From contig JAMWBK010000003.1 in assembly GCA_029953675.1 (NCBI GenBank), positions 496,001 to 560,000 of the forward strand: 64,000 nt of DNA, given 5' to 3'. Positions 34,628 to 45,547 of this stretch are shown here, piece by piece. This DNA comes from Rhodosorus marinus CCMP1338 (lineage: Eukaryota; Plantae; Rhodophyta). Each line of letters starts with the position of its first letter. Position 1 is the stretch's first letter. Below the pieces are notes generated by a model, which was not told the DNA's origin, did no database searches, and worked only from the letters and a program-made list of their open reading frames with translations. The position numbers and the translations under genes are program-made.

Positions 34628-35912
34628 ATGATTGGAAACGAGACTACTTCCAAGTTGAAGGGGAAGTGCCAAGGGCTTAGAATAAGCGTTCCAAGTGGCG
34701 ACCTGGTAGGCAGTAGCGTCCGGTGGTCAACGGCTGCGTTTTAGTCCGTGGAGCATCTGCTAAGCATTTCGTTGCCCTCTTTTGTTTTGCTGCCGCTCTT
34801 CCTTGACTCAGGGTTTGGGATTTGCGAATGGTGCGAGTGTTCGCCCAGCTTCATCCCCGAGGGGAAACCTTCTAGTGACTTCCCCAAGGAATGCTCTTTC
34901 GATATCGCCCCGGAGCACGTCTATGGCGTCAAGGGGTTTCAACCCGTTTTCGCCGAGGAGTACATCCTTCTTCTCCGGTAGGGCTTATGAGTTCGTCTCG
35001 TCACCTACGGGTGCCACTATGAAGAGCTTGATGACCCCAGTAACCACCAGAACAAATGGAAGCCCTCGATATTCTCCACGAGAGATAGGGGATCCGCTGT
35101 TTCCAAGAGCAGTTGCGATATCGCCACGGAACACGTCGTCGGTTTTTGCTTATCCAAGCCTGGGTGGGCTGGAGGCATGCTTCGAAGGAGTCCCAGGAAC
35201 GTCTGCTAACCGCGCGGAGATAGAGGTACAGGCTCTTCGCTCCTCCAAGCTGTTCGACGAGCTGGAAACTAAGCCTGTGCATCCAGCACCGGCGGAGACG
35301 ACAAAGGAGAAATTGAGAGTAAACGCGGACCTCGAGCAGCTCATGGGTCCCCCCCTACCGGCGGACTTGATTCGGCGATCATCCGAGCTTGTGATTGCCG
35401 GAAACAAAGTTCAAAAACCGGAGAAAGAGGAGAAAGTGTTCGCAAGTTCTGGAACTACCAAGGACGTCAAGAAAAGCGCCCATGAGGCAACCGCTCGAAG
35501 GCAAGCACGACGTCAGGTTCTTCGGTCCAAGAGGCAAGCAGCAGGGGTCACTCCATTCACCCGGAAGACCTCCGTTCAGAGTAGCTCTGCTTCCGGGACT
35601 GAAAAGGGAGCAGATCGAGTGGAGAAAAGAAATCGCAGGCTTTTGCGAAATCGAGAAGCAGCGATGAAGTCGAGAAGACTTGCGAAGGAGAAGCTGGAGA
35701 AGGCGCAGGAGGAACTTGAGGAAGTGCAAGACCACGTTGAGCGTCTGCAAGAGCTAAACCGCATGCTCAAGGAGAACTTTGAAATTTTGTCGTCTGTCCC
35801 TCCCGACTCCAAGCGGCGGAATGTACCTCAGCAGCGCCAAGAGCTGATGAGCCAGATGGAATCGTTCTTAAACACTGGCGGCCCGTTCCAACGCTCAAGC
35901 CAGCCATTATAA
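34628..35912 (+). CDS. bZIP transcription factor, 2 exons
   Basis: Basic region plus zipper: VEKRNRRLLRNREAAMKSRRLAKEKLEKAQEELEEVQDHVERLQELNRMLKENFEIL. Predicted exon 1 starts at ATG 34628 (MIGNETTSK...LRISVPSGDL) and joins in phase through intron 34706-34811. Confidence 0.88.
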
Positions 35913-35923
35913 CGGACGGTGAG

Positions 35924-36281
35924 GATCCCAACGAAGTCACTTCACTTTGACGAGGTGCAAATGAGCCTTGTGGTGGGTTAAGGGTCTCTTGGCCCCACTT
36001 GAAGACATGACTACTGAGCATCGTCGACGAGGCTGTGCAACTTAGAAGGTCTAGCCATGCCATAGAGTTCTAGTAGACTATGGGTTTGAGGTTCAACAAC
36101 CCAACCGGCCGTGATAGGGGGGGATGAAGATCCCAACGAAGTCACTTCACTTTGACGCGAGGGCAAATAAGGGGGTTAAGGCTCTCTTCCGGCAACTTGA
36201 GGATATGGCATCGTTGACGAGGCTGTGCAGCATTAGGTCTAGCCATACCATAGAGTTTTAACCGTCTATGGGCTTGAGGTT
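35924..36281 (+). repeat. Diverged tandem duplication (about 170 and 153 bp, offset 205 bp) directly after the bZIP stop
   Basis: Identical 29-mer gatcccaacgaagtcacttcactttgacg at 35924 and 36129. Shared downstream blocks: gcatcgtYgacgaggctgtgca, aggtctagccat, ccatag...ctatgg, ttgaggtt. Confidence 0.92.
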
Positions 36282-36665
36282 GTCCGTGAGCCAAGATGGC
36301 GCTTCCCTGTTCGCGTTCAGGGCCATGATTTTATTTTATTGCACAAAGATCGCCTTATGTATTAACGACTCCTCCGAAGTGGTTTGAGGTATCCACATGC
36401 GACCATCGTTTTCGTTCGCTTGCTTGATAGCGAGCTATTTCGCGGTTTGTTCATTGTATGTTGGTTTTTTCAATACCCCATGAGTAGTATGTACAAACTT
36501 TAGTGAACAAGCAGATCAGTCCTCGATTAAAAAAAAAGGGGGGATGCAGCAGGAGGGTGCGCTCCAGAGTACCCGCTGTAAAGCAATCGCGCGTCCGACG
36601 GAACTTCTTATATGCAATCAACAAAGAGTTAAGCTACTGTCGAATGAGCGGAAAAGTGCTGGGAA

Positions 36666-38353
36666 TCATGTCTCCGAGAACCACGGATGCCGTCTTGCTT
36701 CTGCGGCTGTAGGTCTCATCGTTGGTTCCAACTGAAGCAGCTGGTTGACTAAGTCCTTTGCCTCCTTTGAGACGTGCGTTCCTCTTGGCAGTTTCTCCCT
36801 GCAACGTTGTAAGCAGAATCCAAATTCAGTAGGAAGCGCATAGAGTATGTGAAATCAACCACAGAAATGGGTGATGCTTGCATTCACTACCTTGTTCCTT
36901 GTGTTATATTTTTGAAAAGCTCGCTCTTGCTCGAAGCAAAAAATGGACTCGATCCGAAAAGCATGAAATGGAGCAGCACCCCACAAGCCCATATATCTAC
37001 CTTCTCATCATAGGCCTCAACTTTCAGCATCTCTGGAGCCATGAACAGAGCCGTTCCCACTCGGCTGTGCAACCTAATGGCTTCCTCTCCACCACTGCTG
37101 CTGGTCTTGAAAAACGAAGCTAGGCCAAAGTCTGCGAGCTTCACCGCGGGCTTGCCTGGGGATCCTCCATCACCCAGGAGTACATTCTGCGGCTTTATGT
37201 CCCTGTGCACTAAGCCCTTCCCGTGCAAATATGCCACAGCCCTAAGAACTTGTGCCGTGATGTTCTTCGCGGCCTGAGTTCAAAAACATCGCCAAAAGCC
37301 AAACACGTTAATCAAAGCAGAGGGGGAAGATCTAAGTTCGGTAAGGTGGGGCAGTACCTCCTCGCCTACGGCTTTATTGTACACGTCCGCCAAATCTCCG
37401 CCTGTCATTAACTCCATGACAATATAAATCATAGTCTTCGTCTCAAATATATCGTGCCTGGTGACACGTGGAGCGAATTAGTGATAGCGATTTAGCAGCA
37501 CGTCGCACGAGCAGCGCAGGTTCTTGACTAAATGCTCACGTTTTTACAACATTCACGTGATTCAAGTTGCGCAACGTTTTCAACTCACGCTCGCACAGAA
37601 CACGCGCCCGAGTTGTCTGCTTCTTCTCGATAGTCTTGATCGCCACCTTTTCTCCGGTCTCCAAGGATTTTCCCATGTAAACTGATCCAAAGCTGCCGCT
37701 GCCAATGACTCCTTCTATTTGATAGTAATTGCTTACGTCCTAACATGAAAGCAAACCGTAAGCGGCTGAAGCGCTCTCCAGAAGACGGGACTTCCCACAC
37801 AACAGACTCTACTGACTGGGAAAAAGCTTACGTTTGCACGAACGTTCTCAAAAGCTTTTAACCATGATTGTTGGACACTTTCGTCCTCACAAATTAACTC
37901 AATATCCCTATTAAATGTCTCAAGCATTATGTTATTCGAGTTCTTCGCTTTCTCAACCCGACACTCGAGCGCTGTCATTTCTTCCTCCTTGTCAAGCTGA
38001 GGTTTCTCACGAGCAAGGGGATGAGTTCACATGGTCAGGCACATCAGAAAATTTCGAGTTCCTCAAGTGCAACAAAAATGGCCGGAATCTCGGAGAATCA
38101 CGCTTACGTTTTGGCTTTTAAGCTTGACCGTATTCCCAGCCATGACGATATCATATTTAATCTTCTTCGAAAAACACAAAACCTGTTCTCTGGAGAAGCC
38201 AGTGCCTTCGATAAAACAGGGCATCGCACCATGCCTCAAACTGGCAACTTTTCCAAAGTCCGTTCTCGGTGCTACCCAATCCTGCGCATCAGAATCCGTG
38301 ATCTGTGGCAGCTCGAGGTTCTCAGCAAACGTTGCATTAGCCATTTTGCCCAT
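36666..38353 (-). CDS. PH domain plus CAMK-like Ser/Thr protein kinase, about 6 exons
   Basis: Spliced reading gives a PH-like end (IELICEDESVQQSWLKAFE), IGSGSFGSVY, VAIK, ERELKTL, IVMELMTGGDL, HRDIKPQN, DFG, GTALFMAPE, DIWACG and RPTAAEARRHPW; stop at 36666. Confidence 0.93.
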
Positions 38354-38774
38354 CCACCACTCAAGGAAGAAAAAAAACAACCTCAGCTATACAACCCCGA
38401 CCAGGCGCCCACAAAACCCAAAGAAAAAAGCAAAACCCAAGCGAAAAGTGGCAAACAATTCAACAACAAAAATGTCAATCTTCCCACTTCCCAAGCTATC
38501 GTAAACACCTCTCTCACGTACCACAAACCCTTTCTAGCATCCAAGCAAGAACCAAATCACAGAAATCGCGTCCCAAAAAAGGAAACCTTTCGAGTTTCAC
38601 AAAACCAAAACAAGCATCCCTCCCTACATCCACAAAAGTCCTAAAAATCCTTCTATACACTGAACATACTCCCAAACCCACACAATCCTCTCCCGTCGAA
38701 AGCCGGGGCCAACTTCAACCAAGCCAAACTCCTTCAAACAAATCCACAGAAGTCCAAAATATTCCTCCTATATA

Positions 38775-39125
38775 TACATCCTCTCCCTCCCTCCTTCCCT
38801 CCTTCCCTCCCTCCCTCCTTCCCTCCCTCCCACAACTCTTACAATCCTTTCACTACCAAACCCACCACTCTCTTCCAACAACTCCAAAAACAACAAAACA
38901 AAAACGCTCAACAAAAACCCGGCACAAATAAATCCGAAAAAAGTCCAAACAAATCCTTCTGTACATACACACAGTTTCTGTCTGTCTCTGTCTCTGTCTC
39001 TCGCTCTCTTTCTCCCCTCTCTCCCTCTCCTCTCCCTCTCCTCTCTCCCTCTCCTCTCTCCCTCTCCTCTCTCTCTCCTCTCTCTCTCCTCTCCCCCTCT
39101 CCTCTCGCCCTCTTTCCCTCCCTCC
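38775..39125. repeat. Polypyrimidine low-complexity tracts ((CCTT/CCCT)n about 38780-38830; (CT)-rich about 38975-39125)
   Basis: Seen directly in the sequence; lies in the presumed leader of the kinase gene. Confidence 0.85.
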
Positions 39126-40349
39126 TCCCCAAAGTGTAAATAAAAGCTTTCAAAGCGCTAAAAACCTTGTCAAATTCTCAAACTCATAACTGTCCCCTTT
39201 TTAAAACAAATTTCTTGGCCCAGCTTAGATGGCCAATTGCTCCCCAATGAAGCCGTTAGTATAATGACTGTCTAGTCTAATTAATTATTTTATTTCATGT
39301 TTAAATAGATTGAAGGATCAGTGTTTTGTTTTTTCATTATTTTGATGAGTATGTGCGTTTTCGGGATTCTTTTTTAGTTGGCGTACTATGATTTACTGAC
39401 ATATGGATGTGAGAAGAGTTCCAGTTAGAGAATCCGACCAGCGGCTATAAACCGGGCAAGCTACCTGAGAACCTGGAAACGACTTACGCTACGTTAACGA
39501 TGCAAAGGGAATTGAAGGGTTTTGGGAGGTTGGGATCTCATCGAGGTCTTTGCGGGCTGCATTGAGTCAATACGAGCACGGCATGGCTCCAGTCCATGGG
39601 CCAGAGTACGGTTTGTTCGTCTGTTTATCGAATGCTTTGGTCTGCTAGGTACTAGAAGCTCGGGAGAGATTTGATCTCACTTATCCTGTCTCCAAGTGAA
39701 GCATTTCTTATTCGCTTCATCTAATTCCAGACAGAAACTGGTCCCTACAAATAGGGCTTACGCAAACCGCCAAGCTCGCTGGCCACGTTTACATACGCCG
39801 TTTGCGACCAGTTCTGGAAACACACTCAAAAGGTCACAAGGCGGGATCTTCAACTAGTTAGTACTGCTTTTGATCCGTTCTTGATCAAGCCAGCCGTTCA
39901 CGTCTCCGTTTGGACCCCCAAAGGTAGTTACACAACGCTTTTGGCCCGGAAGCGCTCCTGAACGCGGCCTCCCCATGACAATGGAGGGCCAGTCTGCGGG
40001 GGTGGCAACTGATTGCTTCTTTGACAGACATAGTGGTACCGTCCGCATATGCGGCACCCTCTATGTCTCGCCATCTGCACCAGCAACGTCGATTCCAGTC
40101 AGCAACTTATGCCGGACGACGCTGATCATTTGCAGGATCCCACCTCGGGCCTTTTTCGCAATCCTGTGGCAAAATTAGTGGGACTGTTTATACCGCGAAT
40201 ACCATCGCTTGTCCTGACGGCCAGGCTTAAGCTTTTTCTCTTTGAAAATCGCCATTGAGAACGTAAGGTTTGGTTGAGAAAGGAACTTTACACGAACACG
40301 TAAAATCTGAGTCGTTTATTCACAGTCTCGCTTTCCAAATAAGAATACA

Positions 40350-41354
40350 TCAGATGGTAGGAGTTGTCCCATTATCCTCTCCGCTTCCCTTATTCGTGGG
40401 TCTCTCAGGATCGTATGGTCCCTGCGGGACAACTGGATGCCCTTCGTAGACCGTCGGGTAGCCGTAGTCCATCGTCGGACCCGTTGGAGCGTTGTACGAA
40501 TCAGCAGCTCCTGACGTTCCCCGCCAGAGTGGGGCAGGTAGATTGAACATTGAACCTTGCTCTTGTAGAGCATAGTTCTGACCAGGCTGAGTTTCAGTCT
40601 CAGCAGGCACTGCCGGTGATGGTACGTACCACATTCCCGTTTGATGGGTATCATTTCCATAGGCGTCGAAGCTGCCGGCGGGTGCTTCATTTTTCGCCTC
40701 CTGTGCGTCATATATCGGCGTATTGGTCGCATAGAATTGAGAATTTAAGAATCTGCTAGGGGACTCCAAATCGTTCGTGTTGTTCGTCGTTGTGGGCGCT
40801 TCCAAAGTTGGGTCTGCCGGTAACACATCCTCCGAGCTCCCCATTTGCGAGACCGATGAAATTGCACTGTTGACACTGAAAATCTCCTCCTTTGTTGAAT
40901 GGTATGCTACAAAGCTACCCTTAAGAGTTCCAAACGCAAGGAACAACGAAGCCAGGATCCCGATAGTCACAAAACCAACTATCAAGAAGTTAGTTTCGAA
41001 GGTATCCTGCAGTTGTGCTACAAGAATTAAACAGAAAGACGCAGTGAGTGCCAAAGCAGCCACAAGCCCCCAAAGGGCGCACAGGGCAAACCAGAAAAAG
41101 ACAGAGTTCCGTTGCTTCATCCTCGACGAAGTTCCCTTCCCAAAAATCAACAAAAAGATGAGCGTAGGAAGTGAACAGAAAAGACACCCAAAGCTAACCC
41201 AGCAGACATAGAAAAAATCCCGTCTCAAGGTTTCCCCAACCACGAAGAAGTACCCAAACTCGCTCACCCATTCCCACACATAGATCATAACCACCAACGC
41301 CGTGACAATACACGCGTCTATCAGAACACCAACCACGTTCTTCCTCATCAACAT
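40350..41354 (-). CDS. Hypothetical protein with about 4 TM segments and a long P/Y/G-rich C-terminal tail
   Basis: Uninterrupted ORF from ATG 41354 with four hydrophobic stretches followed by a low-complexity tail (DYGYPTVYEGHPVVPQGPYDP). Confidence 0.78.
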   Translation of the reverse strand: MLMRKNVVGVLIDACIVTALVVMIYVWEWVSEFGYFFVVGETLRRDFFYVCWVSFGCLFCSLPTLIFLLIFGKGTSSRMKQRNSVFFWFALCALWGLVAALALTASFCLILVAQLQDTFETNFLIVGFVTIGILASLFLAFGTLKGSFVAYHSTKEEIFSVNSAISSVSQMGSSEDVLPADPTLEAPTTTNNTNDLESPSRFLNSQFYATNTPIYDAQEAKNEAPAGSFDAYGNDTHQTGMWYVPSPAVPAETETQPGQNYALQEQGSMFNLPAPLWRGTSGAADSYNAPTGPTMDYGYPTVYEGHPVVPQGPYDPERPTNKGSGEDNGTTPTI

Positions 41355-41782
41355 CTTGAAGCCAGTAAGCGGTTCATCCACCAGGTTCTTCTCCTCCTCT
41401 CTTCCCGAGTTCCGGGGGTCAACCCTCCCTCCAAAAAAGCCAAAACCGCCAACCTCCCCACACCCCTTTCCCCCAAACCGGCTCCAATAAATAAACACAA
41501 ATCAGAAACAAATAACCATCGGATCCCTCCCTAACTTTCCCACTTTTCCTTTTGTCCTTCTTCACCTGCCCTTTACAAAGGACCCACTCATCCGATCCCT
41601 GTAGCTGGACAAAACGTCCCTTCCTCTCACTCTCCCTCGCCCTCACCCTCTATCCCCGCGCCCAACTACAGTAAAACCCCGACAACGAGCACTTTCTATT
41701 GTTTCGAGCTTTTCGCGTTCTCAAACGATACCGGACAGCGGATGACATTTTGTAAGCAAAACGGAAACAAAATTAGAAAAAA

Positions 41783-41849
41783 TTCAGTCAATCAATAAGA
41801 GTTGAATTCCCCCAATAATGAGAGAAAATTTGGTTCTATAATGACTGAA
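41783..41849. promoter_or_regulatory. Pair of oppositely oriented initiator-like motifs: TTCAGTCAAT (+, 41783-41792) and TTCAGTCATT (-, 41840-41849)
   Basis: Both sit at a compositional switch point about 450-500 nt upstream of the 4-TM gene ATG. Confidence 0.4.
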
Positions 41850-42762
41850 CTGGATTGACCCCCTTTCTGGGTTGGGGATGTTATGCCGCGGTTTGTGAGG
41901 GTTTTGGGACACCACCGTAGGTGGTTTGGAGCGACGGTGTCCTGTTTCACTGGTCTTCTCCGGGAGCGGTTATGTAAGATCGTCTCGAGCTGGGAAATTC
42001 CGCTGAGGTAGAGTGATCTATATTCTGTATTGCTCTCCCCACCTCCTTCCGTTCCTAGATGCCCCAGGTAATTTTTGAACGAGGATCGCTTGCGGATTGT
42101 GGCCCGTAGCGGTGACTGCTTCTGCTTCACGGATCTCCCGTGTTACTTGAGGAGATGGAGACCAGAAATTTTTTTGGGGTGGACGCTTTCGTGGGGGGAT
42201 AGTGATGCCATACCCACATGGCAACGGCTGCGTGTTCCCCGTCATGAATCAACTGGTCTAGGGCTTCGGGCTTGCTGGGCGACAGCCCATAATTCTCCTC
42301 TGCTCTAAGTTTCAATTGCCATAAGATGATCGCGTTCATGACCGTGGATATGATACTCGTCATCCAACAGCTGGTTTCTTTATTCTGAGCTACATAGTGG
42401 TGTTCATCCCCTGAACAGCCATTGAATGGGTCAAACGGGAATCTTTTGTTGGCTGAGTGCCCAGGTTTCAAGCTACCTGATGCTTGGTTTCTCCAAAAAG
42501 CATGGCTTTGACAATCGACTGCTTGAATCATCGTAGCCCATGAATAGATTTGGTTTCGCGTATCGGAACATGGCAGCAGCTGCAGCAAAAAAAAAAATGT
42601 CGATGTGCCCCCGAAGACCTTAACTTGCCCACCCGAACGGCTTCCGATTCTACATAGTGGCTGGTTGTCCGATTCGAGGGCAGCTGCACGTTAGATCCCC
42701 ATTGAAAAGAGGTTGTGCTTTCACAAAGAGCAAGCCGGCTCTTCGAAAGCGCTTGGGAAAGG

Positions 42763-44303
42763 CTATCGTCCGATCGCCAGTGAATGCATTGTTCCGCAGC
42801 TAACCATCTGCAGTTTAGGCGAGGATAAGCGGTGACGTCCAACATACACGGGTTCAGCACTGTTTGTAACTGTGCCCTCGCCGAGTTGCCCTTTGGAATT
42901 CCATCCCCACGCTACTGTTCCCTTCTCGCCTATAGCTACTGAAAAGTGCAGCCCCGCTCCAAGCCCAACGATATCTCCAAAGTGGTGTTTGTTCTCTGAA
43001 AACCAATAAACTGCGCTCGGGTGTTGAGGCATGTGGGCACCTGTGTCGAGTCGGGTTAGCAGCACGCACAAGTGACTATGTTCAGCTCAAACCAGATGGG
43101 GATTTCAAAAGGTAATTGAAAGCACATCCTCTTCCGGGTTTCTACACAAGCCCGTTGAGCTTGTGCGAGTGATCGGAGACTGAATAGCTTACTCGTTTCT
43201 CCAAACGTGATGCCAAATGAGTTGACATGCTCTTTGTAACCCCAGTGAATCACACTACCAGTGCGGGTCACACCGACTGCATGCGCTGAACCCACAGCGA
43301 TCTTTTCGACTCCGTATTGATTCAATTCGACGCACTTTTCAGGACCGAGACAAAGAACGAGGTAGAGGGCGAGGACGTTGAGAAGAAACAAGTCATTCGG
43401 TGCGAACGTCACGTGAAACTGCTCAAGAGGTTTTTGTTTTGCTCACTTCTTCTGGCTTCAGTCGGGGCTTCTGCGTGCCATCACCAAACACATAGCCGGC
43501 GCCTGTACCCCACCCGTAAATGCGTTTGTCCCGGAGTACCGCTAGGGCGTGAGCGGTGCCTAGGAATGCAATACGGGTGATTCGGGTGGTCAAGAGCCAG
43601 AGCGCTTGGGATGGATCTTATGTCGGCGGTGCTTACCAAAGTGGATATCCTCTACTGGTTGATTTCGGAGAGCAGTGACCAACTTCGGAATTGCCTGAGC
43701 TCCGCGGGCACCGATTCTGAGGTAGTCAAACAGAACAATCGCCGGTTTCTGGTCGTGGCCCAGCGAGTTGTAGTTTTTGCATCCAAACGTATACAGTTTA
43801 CCGTTGTCCGTTATCGCCGCGGATACTCGATACCCTGCCGTGACCTTTGATATCCTTTCTCCAAGATCTTGGAAAGCTGTAACCAGTTTCGGCGTGCCCA
43901 CTCTGAATGCTCTAGTGCCAAGTCCTAGCTGTCCATAAGTGCAGTTCCCGAATCCGAAGACGAAGCCTTCTTTGGAAACAGCCAGTGTATGATCTGAGCC
44001 AGCAGAGACCCACTGGCAAGGTGGAAGGGCTTCAACCTTCTTCGGATTTGACGAATCCTTAAAATTGCCGTGTCCCAGCTGGCCTCTGTCGCCTTGTCCA
44101 AACGTCCAAACCTCACCACGTGAAGTCAGGATCGCCGAGTGGCCCGATCCAGCGCTCACTTGAACCGCATCGGGTGGACAGTCTACTTTATGCGGCTGGT
44201 TAGAGTTTGCAGTACTCCAAAGAGTGAGACTCCCAAACCCAAGTCGATTACTGCGGACAGCTCCCCAGGCGTGAACGGCTCCACCTCGACCTGGCAGCCT
44301 CAT
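42763..44303 (-). CDS. RCC1-repeat (beta-propeller) protein, 4 exons; N-terminus may extend upstream
   Basis: Repeated VSAGSGHS..LT..GEVWTFGQGDRGQLGHG and VSAGSDHT...GFGNCTYGQLGLG. Spliced exons FGTAHALAV..IYGWG, IAVGSAHAV and GAGLHFS..WGWNSKGQLGEG; stop at 42763. Confidence 0.92.
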
Positions 44304-44529
44304 CTCCCCAGAGAATCCGGAAAGCAACCTCCAAGAATACTCTAGCCTCTGATCCGATCGTGAAAGAGGTCAAACCAGACTTCCATTCGAGCACATCGAC
44401 AAAGCGTTGGTCTCCAAGTTAGCAAGCGCATCCTATCCTTGTCCTCCCCCATCGGATCCAAAGTCGCTGATTGATTACGACTCTCTATTCTCAACCCCAT
44501 CTCACACGTACTGATCGATCACCAGATGA

Positions 44530-45260
44530 GTGTACTTCAGCTCTGTAACCAATGGAGCGGGAGCTCTTGATTCGTTCTTTACCTTCCGCAAGTAACGCGG
44601 CTTTGGCTTTCTAGTTGTCTAACACAGAGCGAATGGATCGCGTCTCAACATCCAAGCCGTGGAACCAGAGCTCAGGTCTTGATTCCTTATGTACGTTGCA
44701 CACAGTGTCGTGCTTCGGTTTTCTGGTTATCGATCACAGAGCGAACGAGTTGGAGTTCAGCTTGGAAGCATTGGACCAGAGTTCTTAACACCTTCCGTAC
44801 GCCCTACACAGTCTGCTCGTTTTCGTTTTCTAGTGATCAATCACAGAGCGAATGGGTCGTCTTCCGGCTTCGACGCAATGGAACCACGTCCCGCAACGTT
44901 TCCAGTTTTGTTTTAGCTAAATGGGCCGGTCATGCTCCAACTTTTAAAGCAATGGAACCAGACCTCTTGATTCCCTCTCTTCGTTCAACAAAGACCACGG
45001 CCTTGGTTTTCCTCGATCACAGAGGGAATGGGTCGTGCTCCAGCTCCGACGCAGTAGAACCATTCAATCCGTGATTAACAACTAGAGGCCCACAGGCCCA
45101 CAGCTGGAGACTTGCAGAACATGCAGAAGGAATACAATACTGAATGAGCCGTACTTCAACTTTCAAGCAATGGAACCAAAGCCCGACCCACTCCTATATG
45201 TCTTATGAAGTCCACAACATTGGTTTCCTAGCTTTGTCAATACCGATGAGGAGCACCGGC
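44530..45260. repeat. Highly degenerate array of about 7 units of roughly 75-115 bp
   Basis: Anchor gcaatggaacca-like at about 44549, 44656, 44768, 44875, 44949, 45051 and 45167. Anchor cacagagcgaatgg at 44623, 44735, 44842 and 45018. Confidence 0.8.
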
Positions 45261-45547
45261 GAGTATCAGGAATGTTCGCATCGCTCTGAGACTTTGTGGA
45301 TCGGATGAAGAAGCAACCTTTCTGAGCAAGACGTTCTCCTCGTTCATGTTCTTAAAAGGCATAATTGTGCTACCTGCTGGCGTTGTTTCCTGCTCTCCAT
45401 CTTTCGTGAAAAGAGGACTGATGTGAACGATCTTCTTCCTCAAGACTTTCTGTCTTTGGCCGACGTACCTTTGTCGCCAGTTTGTTTGGAAGGGAACCTG
45501 TTGAGTCTTCTGACGCATATGATGCTTGTCAGGAACAGATCTGGTTG

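Noticed and set aside
38021-38644. Long K/P/Q/N/S-rich plus-strand ORFs (also 3751-4173, 27561-28048, 52193-52798)
   Set aside because: They arise from the C/A-skewed antisense strand of minus-gene leaders and first exons, where stop codons are depleted.
42127-42588. 153-aa minus-strand ORF with an MNAIILWQ stretch resembling the Tn3 transposase C-terminus
   Set aside because: Single short resemblance, TTG start, no other transposase motifs or inverted repeats.
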